From Octopus vulgaris (lineage: Eukaryota), in NCBI GenBank assembly GCA_951406725.2, contig OX597817.1:105834001-105898000 (forward strand): a stretch of DNA of 64,000 nt, written 5' to 3'. The notes beneath the pieces are model-generated. The model did not search any database. It was given only the letters and a program-made list of their open reading frames with translations, and was not told the DNA's origin. Both the position numbers and the translations under genes were made by a program. Positions within the stretch are counted from its first letter, which is position 1, and each line of letters starts with the position of its first letter. Positions 27,018 to 41,046 of the stretch are shown piece by piece.

Positions 27018-27588
27018 TATGCTTACTGCATGTTTGTGACTTGTATTTCTCTTCGGTATGAAGAAACTTTTGAAGTGATTAGGCAGGTAGCACTTATGAA
27101 GTGCATCAAAGGATTGTATTTATACTGTAAGATCATGTGTTACCAAACACTGAAACATGAAATAACGGAATACCAAGTTCAAGCTGATGTCCTTTACTAT
27201 TGTTTTACATACACACACACACACACATACTCACACACATACATATATACATACATACATACATACATACATACATACATACATACATACATACATACAT
27301 ACAGGAATTCTATGTTTTGACGTGCACAAACATACAAAGGCAATGACTACAACAATTCTGGTATGTCTATCCAGCCAGTACATGGCTATTAATGGAATGA
27401 TGGTGAAAATTGAACTTCCCATATTTCGATTATCAGTTAGATTCTGTCTGATTGAATTGAAGTGATTTGCATCAGTTTATTAATTTCCCTTGGGCGAAAA
27501 AAGTGATCTATATAAACAATTAGGAGAAATCTATGTATGGCAGCTGTTTGTCTATCAACAATTCTGATCTTGTTTAGACGAGCGCGCA

Positions 27589-27675
<87 letters not shown>

Positions 27676-27906
27676 CCCACACTCACACAAACTCACATAC
27701 ACATGCACATTCATAAAACATGTATATGTGTGTGTGTTTGTGTGTGTATGTATATATACATGTATACATCCATACATCCATACACACCTATAAGTATATA
27801 TAAAAGCTGTGTATGTATATATGCATACGTATTTATATATATAAATATATATTTGTATATATTTGTATATCTGTGTGTGTGTGTATACATGTGCACATAC
27901 ACACAC

Positions 27907-27959
<53 letters not shown>

Positions 27960-28251
27960 AACACACACTCACACAGAGATTCGACACGCCAGCTGAATGG
28001 ATAGGTAATTTATAACTTTCTCTTGTTCTTTAAAGCAATTGTAAAGGTCTTTTTTCTTAAACTCGAAATATCAGAAGTAATGAAATATTTGTTAGGTAGC
28101 AATTCAATATTAATTGTTATTATTTTTTATATTTAATGTTATTTTATGCGTTGCTGTTGCCTTCTATGATACACTGATACATACATACATGTACGTATAT
28201 ATATATATATCATACATGTACGTGTATATATATATATATCATATATGTACG

Positions 28252-28336
<85 letters not shown>

Positions 28337-29199
28337 GTGTGTGAATATATATATACATAGATATACACTTACATATATGTACGTATTATGTATGTATGTG
28401 TGCATGTATGTGGGGTACCTGTGTGCATGTGCGTGTGTGTATGCATGCCAATGTGGGTATATGTGCATGTGTGTGTGTGTGTGTGTACACGTATTAAATG
28501 CGCGCGCGCGCACATACACACACATACACACACACACACACACACAGTATCCCTTTCGATATTGCGTCTGTTTTGCTTGTTCTACCATTCCCACAGTAAC
28601 TGTAAAATGGAAATATTTTGCAAGCTAACTTAATTATACATCAGATAGGACGCTAAGGTTATTAGGAAAACATTAGCCGTTGCATATATACTCTCTGTTC
28701 CGTTAGATAACAAAACAACAGTGTTTTGATGTCGAATAACATATTATATTATATGTTATTTCCATTTAAGAGTAACGAATGCAGAATCGTTCTGAACTAT
28801 TTAGTGACTCTCTGCTATATCCCTACCAAAGAAATGGTTTTTCGTTGATTCTTTATTCTTCCAACCATTATATTGACCATCACCACTACCATCACCAGAA
28901 GCAGCAACACATACCACATCCCCATCACAAACATCCTCAGCACCAGCATCATAGCATTATCACAACCACCATATTTTGTGTTACTAAAAATGGCAGAAAT
29001 GGTAGTCAAATACTCCTCAAATCACACCCAACTGCCTAAAAGAAATTATAGGTCACATTCATTAACACAAGCTTAGATAGCTCTAAAATGTCAGGATGGT
29101 CATAGAAGGGAATGTTTTTGATTGCAAGTCTGTTCTTTCGGTATTGACGTGAGGTTAAATAATTGCAGCGTTACGTAGTTAAACGAAGTAGTTTATTCT

Positions 29200-29440
29200 T
29201 TTATTTCTTTATTCGCTTATTCTTTTATTCTTGTTTCAGTCATTTGACTGCAGCCAAGCTGGTGCACCGCCTTGAAGGGTTTTAGTCGAAGAAATCGACC
29301 CCAAGACTTAAGATTTTGTTAGGCCCGGTACTTCTTCTATCGGTCTCTTTTGTCGAACAGCTAAGTTCCGGAGACGCAAGCACACCAACAGCGGTTGTCA
29401 AGCGATGGGGGGGGGGGGGGGCAAACGCAGACACAAAGAT
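29200..29440 (-). mobile_element. SINE family A tail, inverted relative to the adjacent full copy
   Basis: ttgtttcagtcatttgactgcagcc...cttctatcggtctcttttg. Confidence 0.8.
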
Positions 29441-29471
29441 ACAAGGAGGCGCAGATACAAGATACAAGATA

Positions 29472-29885
29472 GAGGCGCAGGAGTGGCTGTGTGGTAAGTA
29501 GCTTGCTTACCAACCACATGGTTCCGGGTTCAGTTCCACTGCATGGCATCTTGGGCAAGTGTCTTCCACTATAGCTTCGGGCCGACCAAAGCCTTGTGAG
29601 TGGATTTGGTAGCCGGAAACTGAAAGAAGCCCGTCGTATATATGTATATATATATATGTGTGTGTGTTTGTGTGTCTGTGTTTGTCCCCCTAGCATGGTT
29701 TGACAACCGATGTTGGTGTGTTTACGTCCACGTTACTTAGCGGTTCGGCAAAAGATACCGATAGAATAAGTATTGGGCTTACAAAGAATAAGTCTCGGGG
29801 TAGGTTTGCTCGACTAAAGGCGGTGCTCCAGCATGGTCGCAGTCAAATGACTGAAACAAGTAAAAGAGTAAAGAGTAAAGAGAGA
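29472..29885 (+). mobile_element. Full-length SINE family A
   Basis: Same head, microsatellite and tail organisation as 4575-4950. Confidence 0.9.
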
Positions 29886-30032
29886 GAGAGTAAGCACCTA
29901 TACATATATATATATCACGTGATCACGTGACCGACCAGACCATCAGATGTTGTTACACATCGCTGGTCACAATGCGTTCGCATTGTTTTAGCCTTCGAAT
30001 GACGCCACCCCGCTGGCTAAGCGAGCAGGCCA

Positions 30033-30137
<105 letters not shown>

Positions 30138-30229
30138 CAGATAGATAGATAGATAAAACTAACTTGGAAAAGGATGTGTGGTGTTCGATCATATAATAAT
30201 ATAAATAATATATAAATATATATATGTAG

Positions 30230-30385
30230 AGGACGAGCTTCTTTCAGTTTCCGTCTACCAAACCAGCTCACAAGGCTTTGGTCGGCCCGAAGCTTATAGT
30301 AGAAGACACTTCTGTGTGGCCATACAGTATGACCGAACCTGGAATCATGTGGTTGGTAAGCAAGCTTCTTAGCACATAGCCACAC
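30230..30385 (-). mobile_element. SINE family A head
   Basis: ctttcagtttccgtctacc...cacaaggctttggtcggcccga. Confidence 0.8.
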
Positions 30386-30889
30386 CCAACCGCCAAGTCT
30401 CTGCTAAGTCACCAGCTTCAGCATGCGTTGATGTCGAATAACATCATATAATCATTTTATACTTCAGTTTAGAATTAGGAACATTTAACTACATAATAAT
30501 ACTTGCTCATCATTAAACAATTAAGTTTCTCGTTGTCATATACATTTAGCTTTTAACTAGAACGTTAAACAGCCGACATCGAATTCTCTTCAGTGAGGTA
30601 AATCTATTAGAATAACTATAAAGAAGGATGGAGACTCTCTAAACATTATCGTGAGTTTTGTGATAGAGTATGTGGAATTAATTATCCCTTTAAATGTATT
30701 ACAGCAGGTTAGAGTAGTAAATCTACTTCAACGTGAATACGATTTTACGAAGTGAAGCGATGTTCATTAAAAACAAACAAGTGTATAACTGTTGTTATAA
30801 GTATCAAGCACCAACATCGCTGCGCTGTATTCAGTCTAATGCCGTGCTGTCTCAACCGACTTTGTCTTATTTATAACATAATAATAATA

Positions 30890-31310
30890 TTGGTTTCAAA
30901 TTCTGGCACAAGGCCAGCAATTTCGGAAGAGTGGTAAGTCGATTACATCGACCCCAGTACTCAACTGGTACTTATTTTATAGACCCTGGAAGGATGAAAG
31001 CAAAGTCGGCCTCGGTGGAATTTGAACTCAGAACGTGAATACGTAAAACATTTCGCCCGGCGTGCTAACGATTCTGCCAGCTCGCCGCCTTAATCATAAT
31101 AATAATCCTTTCTACTGAAAGCACAAGGCCTGAAATTTGTGGGGAAGGGACTAGTCGATTGCAGTGTTTCACAGGTACTTAATTTATCAGCCCCCGAAAG
31201 GATGAAAGGCAAAGTCGACCTCGACGGAATTTGAACTCAGAACGAGAAGACCGACGAAATACCGCATTTTGCCAGGCGTGTTAGCGATTCTGCCAGCTCG
31301 CCGTTCTAAT
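30890..31310 (-). mobile_element. Two tandem SINE family B copies
   Basis: Each ends gattctgccagctcgccg (reverse complement of the tRNA-like head) with gaatttgaactcaga B-box. Confidence 0.9.
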
Positions 31311-31619
31311 TAAAATAATAATATTGGTTTCTTTATTTGTTACAAAGTCAAAAGACGAAGGGACATTACAAGATGTTCGGGTTAAATATGAAGATATTTT
31401 GTCTCCTTTTTTCAGGAACAGCTTAATATATTGGTGAAGAATACATTGTTGGAGAGAATAAATATTAAAGTTGTAGATGACGAAACGTTAGCTGACACAG
31501 AGAACTGGAAGCCATCTGAAGAGAGTTACTTGTGTCATGTTTATGGGCACCGGTATCAAAATGCCGACATCATTAGTCTTGCTCAATGGTCTGTAAAGGT
31601 TGTAAGACGTGACATGGAC

Positions 31620-32196
31620 ATCATGAAAACCAAGTTCCCCCAAAGTGTGATGGTCGCTGGGTGTGTCTTGCCGCCCCTCATCCTTATACAAAGCTTTAGG
31701 TTCAAATGGTTATGTGAAGGTTCTGGAGATTGTGGTTAAATACTGGCTGGAGAGAGTTGCTGCTGGGAAACCATATGTGTAGCTGCAGGATTCGGTTCCT
31801 TGTCGGAAAGAGTCAGAAGTGGTAATCGGAGAAATTATAAGACTCCGATTTCTGGCCTTCTAATTCTCCCGATTGTAATCCCATGGATTACTGTGTGGGG
31901 TGCGGTTGAGAAAGACACCAATTGCTCTGCTTGCCGCACCAAGGCCGAGCTGATGGCCAAGATGAAAGAGTGTTCGAAACTCTTCACTGAGATACAATGA
32001 GGAACACATGCACCAGGTTCCGGAACCGTCTTGAGCCCGTGATGGAACCTGAGGGCGGCTACTTTTGGTAAGCTGTTATTCCTCCGCCATAATTTAGTTG
32101 ATAAATTTTTTTTTTTAAATACTTTTAATTTTGGATCGGATATTATGTTTTCTTTTCCTTTTAAGCAAACTGTCAAATTTAGCCCCAAAACCCTGT
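31620..32196 (+). mobile_element. 3' part of a Tc1/mariner-superfamily element (maT/DD37D-like)
   Basis: MKTKFPQSVMV, FWPSNSPDCNP and VWGAVEKDTN motifs across frameshifts; terminal ...aaaccctg|TA. Confidence 0.75.
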
Positions 32197-33029
32197 ACAA
32201 AGACGATTTCTGAATTTACGCAGAATCAACTGCAAAACAACAGTATAAGAAAAAGAAATGACAGGAGACATCCCAATAGGACAGCCATTGAGATCAATCA
32301 AGGAATCTCAAATCCAGGACTACTTGAACTGTCGAGAGCAACTCTTACAGCAGTGTCATCCGGCTTACAGGCCTTTATTGGGGGTGGGCAAATTCACCAT
32401 CCAATAGAATGGACTCATGTACACTCTCACCCACTCTCATCCATCTTCAAACTGTATGGCAGCATCCCCCTCTCAATCATGGTTTCCTTCCCCAAGCAGG
32501 TCTGCAGAACTTGAATAAGTCGCTGAAGGTTTGGTCGAAGAAGAATGTAAGTGTCTGTCCTGAATCCTTTCAATTTTGTCCACCGTGCAACCATTTTTGC
32601 CATAGCCACTAGTCGAAAGAAAACATCCTGCACTTCTCCGCCAAAGGAAGGCGGCAAGGCGGTTTTCACGATGGATTTGGCTGACATGAAGTTGTTATTT
32701 ACTTTTGTATAAAGCAGGATAATCTCAATAATAAAGACTTAATATTTATTAACACCACTTGTCGAAGAAATTAAATAACTGAGCCCATAAAGTTTTGGAC
32801 AACTTGCTGCCTTAGACCGTAATTTCAATCCAGCTGCAAGTATTTCTTTGTTTCTGAGCACAAATCCTTAGTTTTACATTGTCTCAGTAGTGTTGCCAAC
32901 ATAAAATCACAATTTTATGCTAAATTTCAGTAGAAAAATGCCCAAAAGAATGCTAGATATGAGAAAAAAAAATGCCTAAATCCAATTATATAATAAATTT
33001 TTTTTTATTTACATTTTTATTTACATTCC

Positions 33030-34330
33030 TTAATTACATTCAGCTTTGAGAAATAATTTCTTCAATTTCACAGATTTGTTCACTTTCAGCTGCAGGATTG
33101 ACTTTGTACTCATCCAAAGTCCCAGCCTTGTTAAATATAGGTTTTGGTTGTCGTAGTTTTTGCAGTATTTCCCATATCCTTTTAGGCCATAATCTATAGA
33201 AAGTATCGATCCAAGCATTGGAAACTGTATTTTGTTTTTCAGTTTTGATTTGGTTCTACTCATATTGCTCAACAACCGTTCAACTTTGGCATTTGCGTTT
33301 GACTATATTAATAGGTTAATAGCATATTTTGCAACATGTCTAAAAGGATTTCCTCCAGGGTCATCTTTATAATCCAAAACTTTTTACAAGAATGCCTCAG
33401 TATTAGATTATTTGTCCATATAACTAAATGGATGCTATTAAATTGAATTTCAATTGAAGCAATTTTTTTCTTCATTTAAATGTTGCGTCAAAGACAGGAA
33501 AAATTGTCTCTTTGAAATGTCTCAAATTATTCTCTACTGAAAAGCATTTGATATTCTTCGGTCCAATAAAGTTTAGTGACAAACGTTGCATAATCTCTAT
33601 AAAAATAGAGTAAAAGTTGTGCTCTTTTACGAATACTATATTTTCGGTTGCTGTTACTGCCGTCTTGATTATCATTTCAGCTAGCTTTCTCTCGAACCTG
33701 TAGGCTAAATTTGGTTTAGGATTAAGAAATTCTTCAATATAAGCATCAGGATCAAGAGGATCAATTGACAATACTATTATTGTAGTAAAAGATTTGATCA
33801 AATTCCTAAGTAATTTTGTTTTGTCTCAATAGGTTTTGATTCAAACAGTTTATTCACTTCCTGAACATGATTTAGAATTGGATGCAAAAATTTAAAAAAT
33901 GTTCATTTATAGAACCACAAAACATTTCGTGTAGCATTTGAGCTGTAAAGCATTTTTCTTTCGTACTTGTAGTTTGGAAGTGAATTTATAATTTGAACCA
34001 TTGGCTTAAAATTCTACTTACAGCTGGTTTTATTGACAGCCACCTAGATGTCCTAGATGCACGAACATTCTCAATTTTCAAGAGCCCTTTATCATTGATA
34101 GGAAAATAGAGCTGTTCGTAGGCTCTCTTTGAAAAATGAGAAAACCATTTAAAGGTTTCGGATACTAAAAATTCTAAGTTTCTGGACTACATTCAGCTCA
34201 ACTGTGGGGGACTGCCAACTGTAAAGATTGACAAACACATCTAAATAGAAGCAATGACAGAAATTTCTCTTTTAATTTCTGGAAAACACCATTGTTTACT
34301 TCTGTCATCACACTGGCATTGTCGGTCCCT
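33030..34330 (-). pseudogene. Decayed hAT-like transposase
   Basis: NANAKVERLLSNMSRTKSKLKNKI resembles the hAT C-terminal dimerisation motif; further broken ORF 33472-33801 on the same strand. Confidence 0.6.
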
Positions 34331-35960
34331 AAAGCCAGCAATTTTTGTTTTTTTATAGGGAGCTCAGGTGCTGACATAAGAAAAATAAATTCCCAATCCT
34401 GAGTGATGGGTCGGAGGAATTAATAGCCTGTGATATTTGTTCTGGCTGTTTGTGTTCTGACAACACTAGTCCAAACTGTGTTGGCCTTTGATTTTTCTTT
34501 GGGTGGCAGCAACAGTGGTGTGGACAGAAAGAAGATATAAAAGCAGAGGTAACTGTAGGTCACGTATTTATAAAACCCTATGTCTGTTCCTAAGAGAGGA
34601 ACTTGCCTGTTGCCGATCCATCGTCTCACGAAGGTGTGCGAATTCTCCGGAAAGTGTGTAGAAGAACTAAATCGTTTTATATTAAATATTTATGTTACAA
34701 TGGTTGATGAAATAGTTACAATGATGAATCTAACTTACGTTACTGACTCAGATCACCAGCAGCAGATCACCGTCTATGTAATGCTATCCATCACATGAAC
34801 TGTTTTTAGAGAATGGAAATGGGGAAATCACTGTTTTCGTACCGTTCCAAGAGATATTGGAGACGTAAACAAAGGGATTGCAGGTAACTTATCGCTGTTT
34901 AACAGTAAACGTTACTATAATCTCAATGATGACATAAAGAAGAGTTTCTTTGGGGTCATTCGATCTACTGAAAATAGCAGCCAAACTTAAATACAGCAAA
35001 ACAGTAGCATCAAGTAAAGAAGTTCTGAGTTAGTAAACAGAAGCATAAGAAATCTCTTCTTTCTCATAGCAGCCAACTCTGCTCAATATAGCAGCTAAGT
35101 TTCAGAAGCCCATTCAATATGCTAACCAAATCTAGTCGGTATACCAGCCAAATCTGCAGCCATAAGAGATTTTCCAGTATAAATTCTTTTATTGTTTTTA
35201 AAATGGAGACTGTTTGAAATGTTCGCTCAAAAGACGAGATGGGAAAGGGCAAAGTGCCGTTTGATAGGTCGAATTTAAACTAGACTCACATTTTGGATGT
35301 AATCCTAATTATTTGAGAAGTTTCCGCTGCCTATATCAAATGCCTGCTCTTGCAGGCATGACTGTGGTTAATCAATAACGATTAATAAAACAGCAGCAAA
35401 CGAGCAGCCTACTGGAAATAGCACCTAAATCTCTCTCAAATCACATAGTGTTGCCTTAGATGAAAAAAAAATAGTTTGAATAAAGTTACTCTGGATGTAA
35501 TTTGCCAGGGCAGACTACAAGATGGTCGGGTTTGAATGGCTTTCATAGTAAGTGTATTCGATTAGGGCTGACTTGGAGCTAAATAGCAGCAACAAGAGAG
35601 CTCAATCTGCAAGAGATAGCAATCTGAGCACTTTCACTGTTGTTGTTATTTAACCTCAATCAAATGTTTCTTTTTTTTTTTTTTTTCAAATCATACCCAG
35701 GTGGTGCTATTAAGTTAGACATGGCCTGGGCCAATAATGGCCGAAACCTATCAAAGTATCAAAGTATCAAAGTACCCCATCACCTTCAAGAAAAAGAAGT
35801 CTACATTGGATAATATAGACCTAAGTACATTATTTCTGAAGACAGAAAAGAAAATATGGGGCGGTCACGGCTGGAAAGACTTTGATTATAGTTCTTCCCC
35901 ATCAAAGCTGTACTGTGGCTAAACAACAACAATAATTATAAAAGAAGACACCATACTTAC

Positions 35961-36210
35961 TGGAATGAGTAAAGGAGGAAACCTTTTGATCGACTTGAAG
36001 TTGGCGATATTTTTCTCTCAGCTCTCTTTCTTCTTTGTCAAGCAACAAAGAGGAAATTTTCCGTTGTTTTTCAATTCCTAAAGTTTTCTTTTGCAGGGAA
36101 TTTCGACGCAGTGAATTTTTTACCCGGCATTCCTTGAAACTTCGAGCAGTTTCTTTCATGTATTGTTCGAACCCACCGACAGATTTTTCATCCCCTCCGT
36201 GATTTGCCAT
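35961..36210 (-). CDS. Probable first coding exon of a small coiled-coil protein (CCDC190-like pattern, unconfirmed)
   Basis: MANHGGDEKSVGGFEQYMKETARSFKECRVKNSLRRNSLQKKTLGIEKQRKISSLLLDKEERELREKYRQLQVDQK; acceptor ttctag before 36272; donors AAG|gtttcc (35983) and CCA|gtaagt (35961); no TE motifs. Confidence 0.55.
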
Positions 36211-36683
36211 TGATGTTATTCCTATTGTGCATTTATTAAATGTAATCATTGACCAGGTGACCGAAAGTTAACCTAGAATTATAATGAAGCTGTCAATCTT
36301 GGCAATATAATATTTTAACTTTTTTATTGCCGAAGTAGCTTACTTCTCAAGAACATGCAAAAACAATATATTCATTTGTTTTATTTAATTATCATCGAAA
36401 CAAGTGTTCTACAGACATATCCCCAACAGTTAAATTTATGCAGCCTGTATTTAGCCAATAGCCAGAAGGCTACCTTATAGAGGAATTTAAAGGAACACAC
36501 ACATGCACGCACACACATGTACATATATATATATATATATATATATAAAGATAAAACTATTTACATATGTTCATACTATATATGCACGCACATACACGTA
36601 TGTGTGTGCGTGTGTACATATATACACAAATATATATATGCAAGTATGAATATATATATTTGTACATATATATGTATTTACAA

Positions 36684-36714
<31 letters not shown>

Positions 36715-36989
36715 TATATGTATGTATGTATGCATGTAATATACAGTTTATTGATATTTCTTCTGCCTATAAAATAATCATAAGTCATTCAGAAGAAAAA
36801 ATACTGATTACTTAATTTAAATCAGGACAAACATTATGCTATATATATGTGTGTGTGTGTCTGTATCTGATTGTCTGTATGTGTGTTGTGTGTGTGTGCG
36901 CGCGCACGCGCGTAGTCTATGTGTGTGTGTGTGTGTGTGTCTGTGTGTGTCTGTGTCTGTGCGTGTGTACTGTTAATAAAAGAGAAATA

Positions 36990-37190
36990 CAATAATCCCT
37001 CGCCATATCGCGATTTATTATTTAAGCTTACGTCGATTACTCCGTGGTGTTGTTTCGCATTTATAATAAAATAAATATATACAAATTATATAACTTATTA
37101 TATAGTACTGTTTCTACTTCGCGAATTTTCACCTATCGCGGAGTTTTTGGAACGATTTTGAAGCAGTTGGTATATGGAAGGGTTAATAGC
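36990..37190. mobile_element. Tigger-like MITE remnant
   Basis: TA|caataatccctcgccatatcgcg start; degenerate opposite end. Confidence 0.4.
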
Positions 37191-37554
37191 AGTGTCGGCT
37201 TGTAGATAAAATCAGAGGGGGTGCTGCTTCAGAAAATTTTAGCCGTTGTTTTAATATTGTGTAAAAAGAAACAAACATATTAAAAAGAAAATTTATACAT
37301 AAACTTGATCGGTTCGTGTTTGAGCCACTGCCGGGTAGTGCGTTTAATTTGTTCACTGAACAACACCGCGAATTCCACTTGTTTTTCAAAAGTCCCACTA
37401 AATCACAAAATAGTGGGGGCGCCCTATTTTTCAAATCCTGGCAGCAACACTGAAGCTGGAAGCAGGATAATAATCTAATTCTACACGTTATCACATTCAA
37501 GAATATAAACACGTTTGTAAGTACAATACACGCGGAGTCGAAAAGAAACACTAC

Positions 37555-37665
37555 CTTTCACCCGGCACTGTCGTTCTCCCTAATGTGAAGCTTCCTATCT
37601 CAGACATGTGAGCATGCGCACAACAGCCAAACACCGCGTCACTGGAACTGTGAAGCGCGCAGTTC
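37555..37665 (-). promoter_or_regulatory. Candidate promoter and non-coding first exon of the 36-kb gene
   Basis: NRF1-like tgagcatgcgca at 37609-37620, local CpG enrichment, minus-strand donor AAG|gtagtg at 37555. Confidence 0.4.
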
Positions 37666-38764
37666 TGTACAAGGACTTTTGCATTTTTTCATAAACTAGG
37701 GGATGGCTACTGACATTAAGCTTAAGGATTATATAATGTACAAGTATAAAGAAAGAATCAAAGAAAAAAAGAACTCATTATATTGAATGTTATCGATAAT
37801 ATCAAGTGGAAATAGGGGGTAATGCAGTTCCTATACGCGAGCCGCCACTGGTTAATAGTATAAAGGAAGAGAAAATTTGAAGTTTAGTTTATTATTTAGC
37901 TTCGATCAGACCTGATCGGAAAAATTTATGATCGAAGTCCCCACAGCTACAACTATCCTGAATTTTTGTAATTCTATAATTTATATTTCTGTTATAACTA
38001 CTTCTGTATCGAGAAATTGTGCTATTTATGAGTATGATATGAATAAAATTATTGTCATCTACCGCAAATCACTTGAAGGTGATAATAATATCATTATGAA
38101 TTAAAATACTTATATTGGCTTTATTTCATTTATATGCTTATTCTATATTTAAAACTTTATTGTTTTTATTGGGTGGGTAGGGGTATTATTCATTGTTATG
38201 GTGGAGTTCAAGATATTCGAGATACTAAAGGGGTTAGATATCATATACCTTTCTCCAAAACCTGAAGTGAAAAAGTTTCTAGAACAATCCTTTTGTTTCG
38301 GAATGAGGATATTAATTTATTTTATGGCATCTGTTTTATACTTTTTATATTTATAATTGTATTCTCCATATAAATGGATTCGATAAACCTTTTGAATTCC
38401 CTATTGATTTTCTTCCTTTTAAATCAAGGTAACGTCGGTGTAAATAAATAAATTTTGGGGTAATTGGTTAAAAAAGTTCCTCGACCCGTGCTATATATAA
38501 TAGAAACATTGTTGTTCCTGAATCTCTCAACGAGAGATATCCAGTAGCAGCACTCTACAGTAACGATATTTTGCCAACCTAATGTGACAGACCCATTTGG
38601 GGGCGAATTCTGGACAAGTAAACACAGAGAAAAGACCCTTCTTTCTCTCTCTCTCTCTTTCGTTGCTCACACGTGACCATCGTCCATCTTTCTTTTCCTG
38701 CACGGACGTTCTAAAGACTGGACTGTTTTTCTCTTTCTTCTATCTTTTCTCTTTTCAAAGAAAA

Positions 38765-39700
38765 TATTTCTCCCAGCGTTCACTATTTACAATTCGATAT
38801 AGTAGACTTTTATCCATCGATATCGAAAATGTTACTTGATAGGGCATTAGTGTATGCTAGAGGAATTACCGACATAAGTGATAGAGAAATATATATAATT
38901 ATGCACGCTAGGCAACGCAATCAGGATTCAACCTGGGTCAAACGAACTGACCCTGAAGACTCCTTCGACGCCGCGATGAGGGCATATGACAGCGCTGATA
39001 TTTGCGACCATTTAGGGTTTTACGTTCTAGATACCCTGGGTAATAAATTCCCTTCTTCCCACTTCGGCTTCTATAGAGATGATGCCTTAGCCATCTCCAG
39101 AGGCGCTAACGGCTATACATTAGATAGACTTAGAAAAGACATCATACACACCCTCAACAACCTTGGCCTTAAAATCACCATCGAGTCTATCCTCACCGTG
39201 GTGAATTTCTTGGATGTCATACTTGATTTAGACAGTGGCACCTACAGACCATACCGCAAACCGAATGATAGGCTATCATACATTAACACAGCCTCCTGCC
39301 ACTCACGCATAGTGTTCAAAAACCTAATAAAAAATATCAGTAAACAGATTTAGAACTTATCTTCAAATAAAGATATTTTCGACGAAGCTGCTCTCGCTTA
39401 CAATGAGACGCTAGCGGCCAGCGGATTCAAGGACCATATAGTATATACATCAGAATCGCGCAACCATAAAAGGAAACGCCACCGCAAGAACTTATGGTTC
39501 GTTTCCCCTTCCCCCTAAACGTCTGGACATGTGTAGGTAAGATATTTCTTAGGTTGGTGGATAAGCATTTCACGCGGTTACACAAATATAGAAGGATCTT
39601 TAACAGACATAATTTAAGAATCTATTTCAGTTGTGCACCCATATATGTATATTCTACAGGAAATAAAGGAATTCTCGAACGCAGGATGGCTTTGAAGACA
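38765..39700 (+). pseudogene. Penelope-like element reverse transcriptase remnant
   Basis: QFDIVDFYPSI, FDAAMRAYDSADICD, GFYRDDAL, VNFLDVILDL, YRPYRKPND and WF..P motifs typical of PLE RT; frameshifted. Confidence 0.9.
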
Positions 39701-40249
39701 GCGTAGAGAATCGTAGAGAAACCATTTAGAAGACGGAAAAAAAGTAGCTAGGAAGCCTCTGCGGAGTACTGAACCATGTACCTCTCAAATTCGTCATGGA
39801 GCTATAGAAGCAATATTAGTTTATAATAGCAATCTGTGCATCATACTTAATGTAGATACATCCTGGAAATCCTAATTAGCTGTAGTATTCGTCCTGAGAT
39901 AGAAAATAGCTTATTGACCTATAACTCTATTAACACTGTACTTCTATAAGACACACTATCCCATGGCGAATACTGCATTAATTAGATCTTCTATGATACG
40001 TTTTGCATTAAGTATGTTACACAGATTACACTTGCACACACACTCTCTCGCTCTCTTTCTGTACACACACACGCATACACACACACACGTATGTACATAT
40101 ATACATACATACATACATACATACATACATACATACATACATTCATACATACATACATACATACATACATACATACATACATACATACATACATACATAC
40201 ATACATGTTTATGCGTACACACACTGACCGACAAACATGCGCACAAACA

Positions 40250-40629
40250 AACAAAAAGAACGCAACTCGGATAACAGACAGAGTCAACGACTATTGAAAA
40301 GGTTGCAAGACGCAACGAAAATTTTAGGGAAAATAATTAAGTAAATAAATGAAAACTTTACCGGTGAGTATGTTAAATAATAAGGAACTAAAAGAGAATG
40401 ACTCTCCCCAGATACAACATAAAGAATCTTGCAAACCAAATCCAAAAACGAAATATGGCCAGATTGGAGCAATCTCAAGAATAATCAGCCGAAACTGCGA
40501 GGATAATCTGGTGCAAGAAAATTTCGAATGACCCGTCCTTGTTTTCTTTGTATCGTTTATCTGGATGTTTTGTTGTCCCTTTTTGTATCACCTAGTTGTC
40601 CGGATGTTTTGCGTTCTTGTCCCATTTTG

Positions 40630-40632
<3 letters not shown>
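40250..40632. mobile_element. PLE pLTR-like fragment with inverted ends and two decayed HHR-like motifs
   Basis: aagaacgcaactcggataac / gttgtccggatgttttgcgttctt; ttgaaaag-gttgc aagac gcaac-gaaa and ccagatt...gccgaaact...aatctgg. Confidence 0.5.
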
Positions 40633-40698
<66 letters not shown>

Positions 40699-40706
40699 CA
40701 TATGTA

Positions 40707-41046
40707 ATAGGGGTCACAAAAGTGACGGACGGTGCTGACTAGCACCGCAAGTCCCTAGCATATATAGCCGTGTCGTTATATACCGTTTTAAAAATCAGCA
40801 CATGATTTCAACGATTTTTCTGACCAAGGAAGTTGGGTTTAACCCTATGCGCTAAGAGCTGCTGCTGAGAATTAAGGTGGTCTACACCAAGATTCGAAAT
40901 CGCGAAAGAGCTATATACGCCAGGGACTTACCTCCCTTTGTCAGTCATTTAAGTATAGGGATTTAGTGGCTTTGGAGTTAATTTAATTTTTTTTTTTAGT
41001 TTAAGCGGTGCTAGTCAGCACCCTCAGTCACTTTTGTGACCTCTAT
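40707..41046. mobile_element. MITE with ~37-bp TIRs and TA flanks
   Basis: ataggggtcacaaaagtgacggacggtgctgactagcaccgc / gcggtgctagtcagcaccctcagtcacttttgtgacctctat. Confidence 0.85.

Noticed and set aside
32427-32687. 86-aa minus-strand ORF between transposon remnants
   Set aside because: No recognisable motif or splice context; probably repeat-derived
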